Of a DNA stretch of 64,000 nucleotides, positions 1 through 8,930 are shown one piece after another. The position numbers and the translations under genes were made by a program. Position 1 is the first letter of the stretch. Each line of letters opens with the position of its first letter. Below the pieces are notes generated by a model. It had not been told where the DNA came from, did not search any database, and worked only from the letters and a program-made list of their open reading frames with translations. The DNA is from Candidatus Hydrogenedentota bacterium (GTDB lineage Bacteria > Hydrogenedentota > Hydrogenedentia > Hydrogenedentales > SLHB01): assembly GCA_963668025.2 (NCBI GenBank), contig CAXXTH010000014.1, forward strand, positions 32,001-96,000, written 5' to 3'.

Positions 1-538
1 TGTGGCCGAATACATCCGGCCCCGACTCGGCGATGATGGCAACATGCGCGGCATTCCCCCGAAAATCGGGCGTCAAGACTTCTATCGTCGTTTCCGGACG
101 CCGTTCCCGGATGGCCCGGACCGTCGCGGCGAAAATCCCTGCCCCGCCGTCTTCGAGGTCATCCCGGGTGACGGAAGTGATCACCACATGTTTCAGGCCC
201 ATGGCCGCCACGGCCTCGGCCACACGCTCCGGTTCATCCATATCCACTTCGCCAGACGGATTTCCCGGATGGACCGCGCAAAATCCGCATTTGCGCGTGC
301 AGCGGTTCCCCAAAATCATGAACGTGGCCGTCCGCGCCTTCCAGCATTCGCCCTTGTTCGGGCACTGGGCGCTCTGGCAGACCGTGTGCAAGCCATGGCC
401 CTCTAAGAGGTCTTTTGTAAACACCGCGTCGCGCCCCTGGGGCCACGCACGCCGAATCCATTCCGGAAACCGTACAGGCGTCTCGCCGGAGCCGGTTTCG
501 TCCGAAACCGCCCCTTCCGCCTTGTGCGCCTGTTCCAT
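1..538 (-). CDS. lipA: Lipoyl synthase, 5' part (runs off the left edge)
   Basis: Absent from the ORF track; translated manually from ATG at 538 (GGAGG upstream): MEQAHK...FPEWIRR...LHTVCQSAQCPNKGECW...ATFMILGNRCTRKCGFCAV. Has the LipA CX4CX5C motif and the radical-SAM CX3CX2C motif. Confidence 0.95.
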   Translation of the reverse strand, partial: MEQAHKAEGAVSDETGSGETPVRFPEWIRRAWPQGRDAVFTKDLLEGHGLHTVCQSAQCPNKGECWKARTATFMILGNRCTRKCGFCAVHPGNPSGEVDMDEPERVAEAVAAMGLKHVVITSVTRDDLEDGGAGIFAATVRAIRERRPETTIEVLTPDFRGNAAHVAIIAESGPDVFGH

Positions 539-779
539 AATCTGTCCTCCAAAGTACGATGCGAGGCACAAGACCCCGCCAAAAGAAGAGAAATTATAGC
601 ATGCTTGCGAGAGAGGTGGGAAGCTGATTTCGCCACGGGGACATGAGAAACACGGTGGAGGCAAATAAGCATGACAAAGCTATTTATCATTATGGCTGCT
701 CTTGGCACTTTGGCGGTTTCGTCCGTTTATTTGCTGAATAGCAGAGATGTTTTTGAGAGGAAACACATTCGTTTGTATT

Positions 780-1971
780 TCAGTTTTCCGGTTGTTCCCT
801 TGGCTTTTCTACTGGCATCTGGAGGTGGAGGATCTCTCGTATGTCCCGCAGATCTCTAGATTTCGCTAGACCGCAAGAGCCATACGGACCGCTCATTTCC
901 CGTATTTCCGACTCGACAATCTCTTTCGAATCAGGATTCATAATTACTTGTAGAGTGATGTCAACTTCAAATTCAGGAAAGTCAACAGACATTAGCTCAT
1001 CATCAAAAACTCCGATAAGTTTCCTGACATCTTCGTAACAAGAATCACATCCAGAATCAGGAAGAAACGTAACGAGCAAGGAAGTGCTACAGATGAGGTC
1101 GATAAGGTAGTTGCCTTTAGGTAGCTTGATTACACGTAGGTAGCTTGATTACACGTAGTGGCTTTACCTTGTTCACCGTGAACTGATTGTCAATCATAAC
1201 CCAGCCATGGTCAGGTTCAAGACCGAGAAGCGAATTGGCCCAGTTCTGCGACTCGATTTCATTGCCAAGTGAACTCTTGAGCCAGTCTCGGAGAACACGA
1301 CCTGAGCCTTCATTTCTAGATAGCTCTACAGCAAGATCTGTATCAAGACCGAGATGGGGTACAAGGTGGTTTTCAATGAATGAATCTAGAGACGTTACAA
1401 TTCGTACTCTGTCTGGCGCAATCCCCTCGGACTCAAGATCCTTGGCCATGTCTGGATAGGGTTTTGGCCCTGGACCGAAGTCTTTGGTATTCTCCGTAAC
1501 AAGATAGACTTCATCTACATCACTGTGTGCGGAATGTACCAAAGAAAACCAAATCAGGGCATCTCTATACCCTTTACCGTTTTGGTCAAATGGTTTTCTG
1601 TGCTTCAATGCGCGAATTATCAGATCCTCATGGCTTATCTCAGGTAACGGCAATATATTTATGTGAAGACCAGCCAGACGTCTATCTAGGTATTCATGAA
1701 ACTCCACTTCTTTCTGCACCAATGAATCGCGACTAGGTATGCTAATTTCTGGAGCTTGGACCAATCTGTCCCAATCCGTAGCACACGAATGCAGCTTCTG
1801 GTGTATACGGTGGAGTTCACGTGAATACACTTCGAGTATTTCATGATACGCCACCATTGGTAAGTAGAGTTGCGCATTGGCTGAAGGCGCTACCTCGGCC
1901 AAGACACAAAACGCCGTTCCGTTCATGCAAAAATCCTTGCAGCAGACATTTGCATCGATTATCACCTGCAT
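780..1971 (-). pseudogene. PIN-domain (DUF4935-like) protein, frameshifted by a 19-bp tandem duplication
   Basis: Motifs MQVIIDANV, KPFDQNGKGYRDALIWFSL and YLVTENTKDF fit a PIN-like nuclease. ORFs 1117..2067 and 780..1079 join in frame (~390 aa from ATG 1971) if one copy of the 1121-1158 duplication is removed. Confidence 0.8.
1121..1158. repeat. Perfect 19-bp tandem duplication GTAGCTTGATTACACGTAG x2
   Basis: Copies at 1121-1139 and 1140-1158, preceded by a TAG microhomology at 1118-1120. Confidence 0.97.
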
Positions 1972-2559
1972 CTTCCATTCCCCCAGTCTTGAACAGCGCT
2001 CAGGACAGTGAAGTGAATAGCTTACTAGGGTCGAGGAATACGAGACACCACAAAGATTCCTTTTCACATTACCTCTTAATATGAATGTTTATACACAATC
2101 ATCGCCCCTTATAGCAATTCTGACATTGAGTTGTTATCGTGGGGTTGCTTTGTTATATGCGAGCAGGAGCATGGCGAGACGACGAAGGGCAAAGATATCC
2201 GGGTAATCGGCACGATGGTAACCCGATGGATGAATCGGGAAGGCCATCGGCTGGAAAAGTTTATGATTACCTGTGTATACAGCAAAGACGTGGACGTACT
2301 AGTTCTAGCCGTTGGGGTCGAGGGTGGGATTGAGGTGCCGTGCAAGGTAAAGCGCGATGTTTCGGAACACGGCATTCGAAAGCTGATTGTCAAGCGCACC
2401 CCGGAAGCGTGCGTCATCTACAATCGACTGTACCGTCATGGGAAACGGGTAGCCCTCTTGGCACATGCTAACGTGAAGCTGACCGCGAACCTCGCAGGAG
2501 TTTGGGTTCTTGATTTGAGACATGCTACAAGAGGTACCCATAATCGAACCTCGCTTTAG

Positions 2560-2586
2560 TAGTGTATCCGGGCAACGGACACACTA
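2560..2586 (-). terminator. Hairpin downstream of the NDT/TIR-like gene (no U-tract)
   Basis: Minus strand TAGTGTGTCCG-TTGCC-CGGATACACTA forms an 11-bp stem with one G-U pair. Confidence 0.45.
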
Positions 2587-2619
2587 ACATTGCAGTATTT
2601 GTTCAAGGGCATACTGACG

Positions 2620-3600
2620 TCACTTAAGATAACGCTTAATCTTGGCAGACAGCGTTTGTTTCAGATTCCGTGGATAATAGAGAAGGAATTGTCTGTGTTT
2701 CAGGTCGAAGGGTACGTCTTTTTTTTTCTGGGTAATGCATATGGTGTTCTTACCGATTCCATGGGCATACCCGAGTTCGTAAAACACATTCGGGTTGCAG
2801 CTCGTCAAATCGGCAATGATGATCTCCGCGCGTCCCATTTGCTCATGGATGATATGCATAATTGGTACAGAACTAAAAATCTCGTCAGCCCTAATACATT
2901 TGAAAGGGATTTGTGTTACTTGGTCCCTGACTCCCTCTATTGTATCCTTAAGCACCCGATAGACCTTAGCGAATTTTGACCTGAACGGCATAATCACCAG
3001 GCAGATCTTGCGATTGGCCACATGATCTAGAATCCGCTCAATGCCAATCAGTTCAGGCAGAGTTATCTTGTTTTTGTCAAGTTCGGACAGCAGCAGATTT
3101 CGACAAGAGTAGCAGAACGCACCTTCCTTGATACCCATGTCTATGTCCTCTCGATTATCACAGTAGTCATTCGGGCAGGAATTTGTCTCCATATGAAGAG
3201 CATTTGGTAGGAAAAATGCGGTCATAACCTGTGCGGTCAAGAACTCGAGTCCCGTTACCAATGGAGATTTTGAATAGCTAGACCAATCGTGCGTTGAGAT
3301 AACGCTGCTCCTGTTATCCCTGTTCATTATTATCTCATCAGTGAAAGGGTAATCCCCAATAGCCAGAGGATACTCAGTGTAATGATGATCATGAGCATAA
3401 TTATATACAACTTCTCTTACCCTAGATTCATCGTAAGTTCCATCCGCTTCACGTAGCTTATCTTCAAGCGAAATACGGTCCTCGTTGAAGAGAAAGTGAA
3501 AGGTAGCCTCGGGATTTTGAGTTCCGTTCAGCAAACAACAAAGATTACCGATATCAGTACGGTGATTTGTTCCTAATTCAATCAGCCGGATGTTTTTCAC
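2620..3600 (-). CDS. Fusion of a Cys/His-rich zincin-like N-domain with a nucleoside 2-deoxyribosyltransferase/TIR-like C-domain
   Basis: C-terminal CLVIMPF...CIRADEI...IIIADLTSCNPNVFYELGYAHG...VPFDL fits the NDT-like fold with a catalytic Glu. Central LHMETNSCPNDYC...FCYSC. GGAGG RBS precedes the GTG. Confidence 0.8.
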   Translation of the reverse strand: MKNIRLIELGTNHRTDIGNLCCLLNGTQNPEATFHFLFNEDRISLEDKLREADGTYDESRVREVVYNYAHDHHYTEYPLAIGDYPFTDEIIMNRDNRSSVISTHDWSSYSKSPLVTGLEFLTAQVMTAFFLPNALHMETNSCPNDYCDNREDIDMGIKEGAFCYSCRNLLLSELDKNKITLPELIGIERILDHVANRKICLVIMPFRSKFAKVYRVLKDTIEGVRDQVTQIPFKCIRADEIFSSVPIMHIIHEQMGRAEIIIADLTSCNPNVFYELGYAHGIGKNTICITQKKKDVPFDLKHRQFLLYYPRNLKQTLSAKIKRYLK

Positions 3601-4135
3601 TATTCATCCTCCTGAACTAATCAGCCCCTATCACTAATGTACGCATATCATTTTGGCATGACTGGTTACAGGATTTCAAGGCTAGAGGCATTTGCGAAAT
3701 AGCGTGGTTTGCGAACGCGCGGACGGTGCGGGCACACGCGGAGCGGTTTTCGCCTGTGGCAATGGGATTACGCCTCCGCTACGGGTGCAATAAATCATGC
3801 AGGAGGTTCGCGTGTAGGACCCTTGCGGCCCGAATGGGCATGGTTTGCCCTTGATTCGGGCCATCATTGCTTGTGCGGATTCGATGTGATCTATGCGGCG
3901 CGGGGCTGTCCGAGGAGCGAGCGCATGCGTTCTGCCTGGCCGGCTTCGAGCCATCCCAGGGCCATGCCGAGCATGACGAGGAGGGCTAATCCGGTGCGGG
4001 CGCGCATCTTTTTCATACCGCGGATGTAGTGGCGCTCGAATCCGTATGCGCCGTCGAGTCGGCTGTTGACTCGCTCGATGGCGGTGCGGTGTTTGTATTC
4101 GCGGCGCCAGGATTTGGCGCTGCGGGGCAGGGGGG

Positions 4136-5481
4136 CATAAGCGCTAACCTTATTTGATGTCTCCTGACGAATCTTCTATACTGGGTGCATGGAAGCAGCG
4201 TGGAATGAGAATTGGCAGTGTTTACAGCGTTTTCTCCCTGCTGGATGGGAGGACAAGGCTCGTGAATTGGGCGCGTGGCACCGCAAGCCTCGTTCTATAT
4301 CGTCGACGGAATCGCTCCTGCGCTTGCTGTTGATCCATTTGGCGGATGGGTGTTCTCTGCGTGAGGCTGTCGTTCGTGCTCGAGAAGGGAATGTGGCGTC
4401 CGTGTCGGATGTGGCACTTCTTAAGCGGTTGCGTGCTTCGGGGGAATGGCTGCGGTGGATGGCCGTAGAGATACTTCAACGTCGCGCGGGACCGTGCGTT
4501 CGGCCTGCATGGCTGGAGTATTACCGTGTTCGCGTCGTGGATGCGAGCGTTGTCTGCGAACCGGGAAGCACGGGAACGGACTGGCGCGTTCACTACAGCC
4601 TATGTTTATACGGTCTTCAATGCGATGAGTTTCATATTACCGGCCCGAAGGTTGGAGAGAGTTTCGCGCGATTCCGAGTCTCGCCTGGCGACCTATTGCT
4701 CGGAGATCGTGCTTATGGGCATCTCAAAGGTTTTCGTTATGTGCTCGGCCATAACGGGAACTTTCTGACGCGTCTTAAGAATAAAGCCTTCAGTCTTCGG
4801 AATGGCGCAGGGAACACCTGTCCACTGGCTGGATTGGTGGCGTCTCTAGAGGTAGGGGAAGTGGGTGATTGGGCCCTGATTGGCCAGGCAAAGGGGCAGG
4901 AGGAGCTGGCGCTACGGATCTGTGCGCTGCGTTTGAGCGAGGAAGCCGCCGCGCAAAGCATCCGCCGGGCGAAGAAAGAGCTAAGCAAGAAGCAACGGAG
5001 TCTGGATCCCGAAACGCTTGTGCTGCATCGCTACGTCATACTGGCCACATCCTTGCCGGATTCAATATCGCCGCACCAGGTTATCGAGTTGTACCGGGCG
5101 CGCTGGCAGGTGGAGTTGGCCTTCAAACGGATGAAGTCGATTATGGGATTGGGACACTTGCCAAAGGAAGACGAGGAGTCGGCCAAGGCTTGGCTCCACG
5201 GCAAAATGCTTGTCTCCTGCCTTGCCCAGGCCATTGTTGATGAGGGGCGCTTTTTTTCCCCCTGGGGATATCCACTGTGACGATATCTACCGCGAGGCCT
5301 CCTTGTGGCGCGAACTCTCTTTCGCCTTGCACCTCCTTCGCCAAGCGGTCAATCCGACGCTTGGATTATCCGAATGCATCAGCCAGTGGCGGGAAATCGC
5401 GAGAGATCTGGCAGAGCCCCCAAGGAAGCGAATGCAACAGTTGCGTGGTTTGATGGAGGCAATATAAGGTTAGCGCTTATG
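4136..5481 (+). mobile_element. IS4-family insertion sequence (1346 bp) nested in the transposase gene
   Basis: 18-bp perfect TIR CATAAGCGCTAACCTTAT; 11-bp TSD GGGCAGGGGGG (4125-4135, 5482-5492). 1346+11 equals the length difference between the two host IS copies (3179 vs 1822). Confidence 0.95.
4189..5280 (+). CDS. IS4-family DDE transposase
   Basis: VVDAS, LLGDRAY and YRARWQVELAFKRMKS (YREK signature). Possible extension to 5467 by recoding. Confidence 0.92.
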   Translation: MEAAWNENWQCLQRFLPAGWEDKARELGAWHRKPRSISSTESLLRLLLIHLADGCSLREAVVRAREGNVASVSDVALLKRLRASGEWLRWMAVEILQRRAGPCVRPAWLEYYRVRVVDASVVCEPGSTGTDWRVHYSLCLYGLQCDEFHITGPKVGESFARFRVSPGDLLLGDRAYGHLKGFRYVLGHNGNFLTRLKNKAFSLRNGAGNTCPLAGLVASLEVGEVGDWALIGQAKGQEELALRICALRLSEEAAAQSIRRAKKELSKKQRSLDPETLVLHRYVILATSLPDSISPHQVIELYRARWQVELAFKRMKSIMGLGHLPKEDEESAKAWLHGKMLVSCLAQAIVDEGRFFSPWGYPL

Positions 5482-6893
5482 GGGCAGGGGGGTAAAGATG
5501 CGCCGGTCGATAGCGATGGGCACGCGGACAATCCGTCCGTGTTCGGGCTGGCATCCTTGGTTGCAGAGGTCTTGCTGGGTACAGGCGCTCCCGCGTGCCT
5601 TGGCTGGGCAACGGTATTTCAAGGTTCCCCGATCTTGCTCGAATCCTTGGTAGGCCATGGAATCATAGTTGTCGCGTTCGTTTGGGGCGCCGTTACGACA
5701 CCGGCAGAGGACTTCACCTCGTTCGGTATGGAAGATCGTGTCTACCCGTTCGGGATATAAAGGGCGGGGCCGTTCCGGTTCTTCTTTCCAGGTCGCCCGG
5801 ATGTCCACGATGGGCCGGATTTCATGTTCCTCGAAGAGGCCCTTGTTGTTGGCTTCGGAATCATAGCCCTTGTCGGCGCTGAGGTACTCGGCGCGTTGGA
5901 CGAGTTCGGGGTGGCGCGCGTCGAGAGCCGCCACGAGGGGCAGCAGAAAGGGCGAGTCGTTGGCGCTGGCTTTCGTGACCGCGTAGCCCAGCGGCAATTC
6001 ATATTTCGTGTCCACGATGAGGTGCAGCTTGTAGCCGAACCACCGTTTGACCTTCTCCCAGGGCGTGCCGTCCTTGTGAACGCCCTTGTAGGTTTTCGTG
6101 CCCCAGTCTGCGTCGCGGTCGCGCCGCCCGTCCGGCTCTTCGTTTTCCAGGACCGCGTCTTTGCGCGGAGGCTTGGCGTGGGTTTGGATGGCTTTCGAGT
6201 CTACGGCCAGACGCACCCCGAGATCCGGCAAGCGTTCCATCAGCCGGACGATGAGCGCGTCGAACATCCGGTCCACTTCTTTCCAGTGGCGCAGTAATCT
6301 GGCGAAGAACCGCGTGTACACCCATTCGGGCGGGACCGCCTTGGCGCCCCGCAACACGTCGAATCCGCACAACTGGCGCAATTGCCCGTTTCGGGCTAGT
6401 TCGCGGCGCAGGCTTTCGACGCCGTCGTGCTGGAAGACGATCCCCGCCAGTATGCTGTTCCACATCGCGCGGATAGGATAATCGTCGCGCCGCCCCTTGC
6501 GTTCGGCTTCCATCGCCCGCATCAAATCTTCATCCGGCAGCGCCGCCAGCAACAGGTTCAGCCGATCCAGATCCGACGCCGCGTCGACCTGGTTCCACGA
6601 GAACAACCCCATTTGGTGTATAATGGCCATCGCAAACGTCTCCTTGGTGTGTGCGTGGTTATGTGGTCAACTATACTACAATCACACACGGGAGACGTTA
6701 CGCCTTTTCCCGCTCGCCGAGGGCATTTGGGGTGATTTTTCACAAAAAATCCTTATTCATGCCCCCGCCAAGCCCCTTTCCCCGCATTCTCCGGGGTAGG
6801 CGCCAATTCCGCCGCTTTGTAAACCCTTGTCAATACGGATTTTCTTTATTTCGCAAATGCCTCGGCTACATTGATCGCATGAAGAAATGAGGA

Positions 6894-6921
6894 AACGAGG
6901 AAACCGCAACGAGGAAACCGC
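6894..6921. repeat. 14-bp tandem repeat AACGAGGAAACCGC x2 upstream of metX
   Basis: Copies at 6894-6907 and 6908-6921; TATAAT at 6950-6955. Confidence 0.85.
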
Positions 6922-7006
6922 AAAGATGAAGCAGAAACCGAAAAAAATGTATAATACCCACTTTATATATTGTTTATTGCACGAGTTATTCAAGGGATGC
7001 ATCTGA

Positions 7007-8818
7007 ATGAGCGAAGAAGGTTCTGTCGGCATCGTCGAGACGAAGTATTTCACCTTCGCCGAACCGCCGAATGAGATGATATTAGATTGCGGGCGCACGC
7101 TGGGGCCGATCACGCTGGCGTACGAGACCTACGGTGTGTTGAACGCCCAGCGCTCGAACGCGATATTGCTGCTGCACGCCCTCTCGGGCGATTCGCATGT
7201 GGCGGGATATTATGCGTCCGATGAACGCAAGCCCGGCTGGTGGGACAATATGGTGGGGCCGGGGAAGGGCTTCGACACCAATAAGTATTTCGTGATCTGC
7301 TCGAATGTCCTGGGCGGCTGCCAGGGTTCCACAGGCCCGAACGCAATCAATCCAGAAACCGGCAAGCCGTACGGGCTCACCTTCCCCATCATCACCATCG
7401 GCGATATGGTGCGCGCCCAGAAACATCTGATTGATTATCTGGGCATTGAAGCGCTGATGTGTGTGGCGGGCGGTTCGATGGGGGGGATGCAGGCCCTCGA
7501 ATGGATGGCGCGCTTTCCCGAACGCCTGCGCTCCGCCATTGTCATCGCCTCGACGCCGGTTCAAGCAGCGCAATCCATCGCGTTCGACGCCGTGGCGCGG
7601 CACGCCATCCAGGCGGACCCCGCGTTTAACAATGGCGATTATTATGACGGCGAAGGGCCGGACGCTGGCCTATCCATCGCGCGCATGCTCGGCCACATTA
7701 CCTACTTGTCCGCTGAATCCATGCGTACAAAATTCGGCCGCGCCCTGCGCAATACGAACGATTACAGCTACGACTTCAGCAGCGAGTTCAGCGTCGAGAC
7801 GTATCTGGATTACCAAGGCGAACAGTTCGTCAACCGCTTCGATGCGAACACCTATCTATATATCACCAAAGCCATCGATTATTTCGACGTAACCGCCCCA
7901 TACGGCTCGCTGGATAACACCATGGCCCGCATGCAAGGCAAGACCATGGTGCTCTCGTACACCAGCGATTGGCTGTATCCGCCCTACCAATCCCAGAGCA
8001 TCGTGAACGCGCTTATGCGCCAGCGCAAAGACGCCACCTATTGCAATGTGCAATCCAATTACGGACATGACGCCTTCCTGCTTGAAGTGGAAGTCATGCG
8101 CAAACTGGTCGGCGGCTTTCTTGAGCATGTCCATGATCCGGAAAAAATCCGGCGGCCCGGCCCTGTCCAGGTGGACTCGGAAGCGGATTTCGGCCCGCCA
8201 CCCCTGGAGTCAAACAGCATTTACGAAGGCCACCGGGTGGACTACGAGATGATTGTCAACCTGGTGGACCCCGGCAGCCGCGTGCTGGATATCGGCTGTG
8301 GCGATGGAGAACTGCTCGAACAGCTTATCTGCCGCAAGAACGTCGATGGCATGGGGCTTGAATTGTCGCAAGGCAATATCATCACCTGTGTGCGCCGGGG
8401 CGTCTCGGTTGTTCAAGCGGATATTGATGAGGGGCTAAGCGCGTTGCCAGACCAAAGCTACGATTATGTCATCTTGAGCATGACCCTCCAAGTCATCCAA
8501 AAGCCGGAATTGGTCATTAGCGAGATGCTGCGGGTAGGGAAACGCTGCATTATCAGCTTTCCCAATTTCGGGTATTGGAAAGTGCGCCTGAAAACCCTGC
8601 TCGGGAAAGCCCCCGTGACGCGCAATTTGCCCTATTCCTGGTATGTGACGCCCAACCGGAGCGTGCTCTCGATACGGGATTTCGAGGAATTCTGCGACAG
8701 CCATGGCGTCCGCATTCTCCAGAAGATGCCGCTGGGTTCGGCGGGCTTCGCCTTCACAACGCGGCTTTGGCCGAACCTGTTCGCGGACGAAGCGGTGTTT
8801 GTGATCAGTGCGGAATAA
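7007..8818 (+). CDS. metX: Homoserine O-acetyltransferase fused to a MetW methyltransferase-like domain
   Basis: HALSGDSH, SNVLGGC, GGSMGGMQ and YGHDAFL motifs; C-terminal VLDIGCGDG...SFPNFGYW...YVTPN is MetW-like. Confidence 0.93.
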   Translation: MSEEGSVGIVETKYFTFAEPPNEMILDCGRTLGPITLAYETYGVLNAQRSNAILLLHALSGDSHVAGYYASDERKPGWWDNMVGPGKGFDTNKYFVICSNVLGGCQGSTGPNAINPETGKPYGLTFPIITIGDMVRAQKHLIDYLGIEALMCVAGGSMGGMQALEWMARFPERLRSAIVIASTPVQAAQSIAFDAVARHAIQADPAFNNGDYYDGEGPDAGLSIARMLGHITYLSAESMRTKFGRALRNTNDYSYDFSSEFSVETYLDYQGEQFVNRFDANTYLYITKAIDYFDVTAPYGSLDNTMARMQGKTMVLSYTSDWLYPPYQSQSIVNALMRQRKDATYCNVQSNYGHDAFLLEVEVMRKLVGGFLEHVHDPEKIRRPGPVQVDSEADFGPPPLESNSIYEGHRVDYEMIVNLVDPGSRVLDIGCGDGELLEQLICRKNVDGMGLELSQGNIITCVRRGVSVVQADIDEGLSALPDQSYDYVILSMTLQVIQKPELVISEMLRVGKRCIISFPNFGYWKVRLKTLLGKAPVTRNLPYSWYVTPNRSVLSIRDFEEFCDSHGVRILQKMPLGSAGFAFTTRLWPNLFADEAVFVISAE

Positions 8819-8930
8819 ACCGCGCCTCTAAAGTATAAAAACAATCCAAAAACGCGGCTAATACTGCCCTAACATTCTTACGCCATCCTATCTCCAAGGG
8901 AAAGGGGAGAAACCGGCGAAAGGTGTAGTC

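Larger units (their letters stand above)
3891..6630 (-). pseudogene. DDE transposase disrupted by IS4 insertion (N-terminal ORF 5470..6630; C-terminal remnant ~3891..4135)
   Basis: Identical to the 460-aa transposase at 54225..55607 up to FTPLP, then stops inside the IS4 TIR. The remaining codons lie on the other side of the insert. Confidence 0.92.
3685..6863 (-). mobile_element. IS5/IS1182-like insertion sequence, copy 1 (interrupted by a nested IS4)
   Basis: 17-bp TIR GAGGCATTTGCGAAATA at both ends; 5-bp TSD GGCTA (3680-3684, 6864-6868); near-identical to 53992-55813. Confidence 0.95.

Noticed and set aside
2-708. ORF-track ORFs 2..406, 33..599, 234..569 and 403..708
   Set aside because: Shadows or alternative frames of lipA, which the track missed because it runs off the window edge.
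2068-3600. Retron (NDT effector plus msr-msd)
   Set aside because: No reverse transcriptase in the window and no long a1/a2 inverted repeats found.
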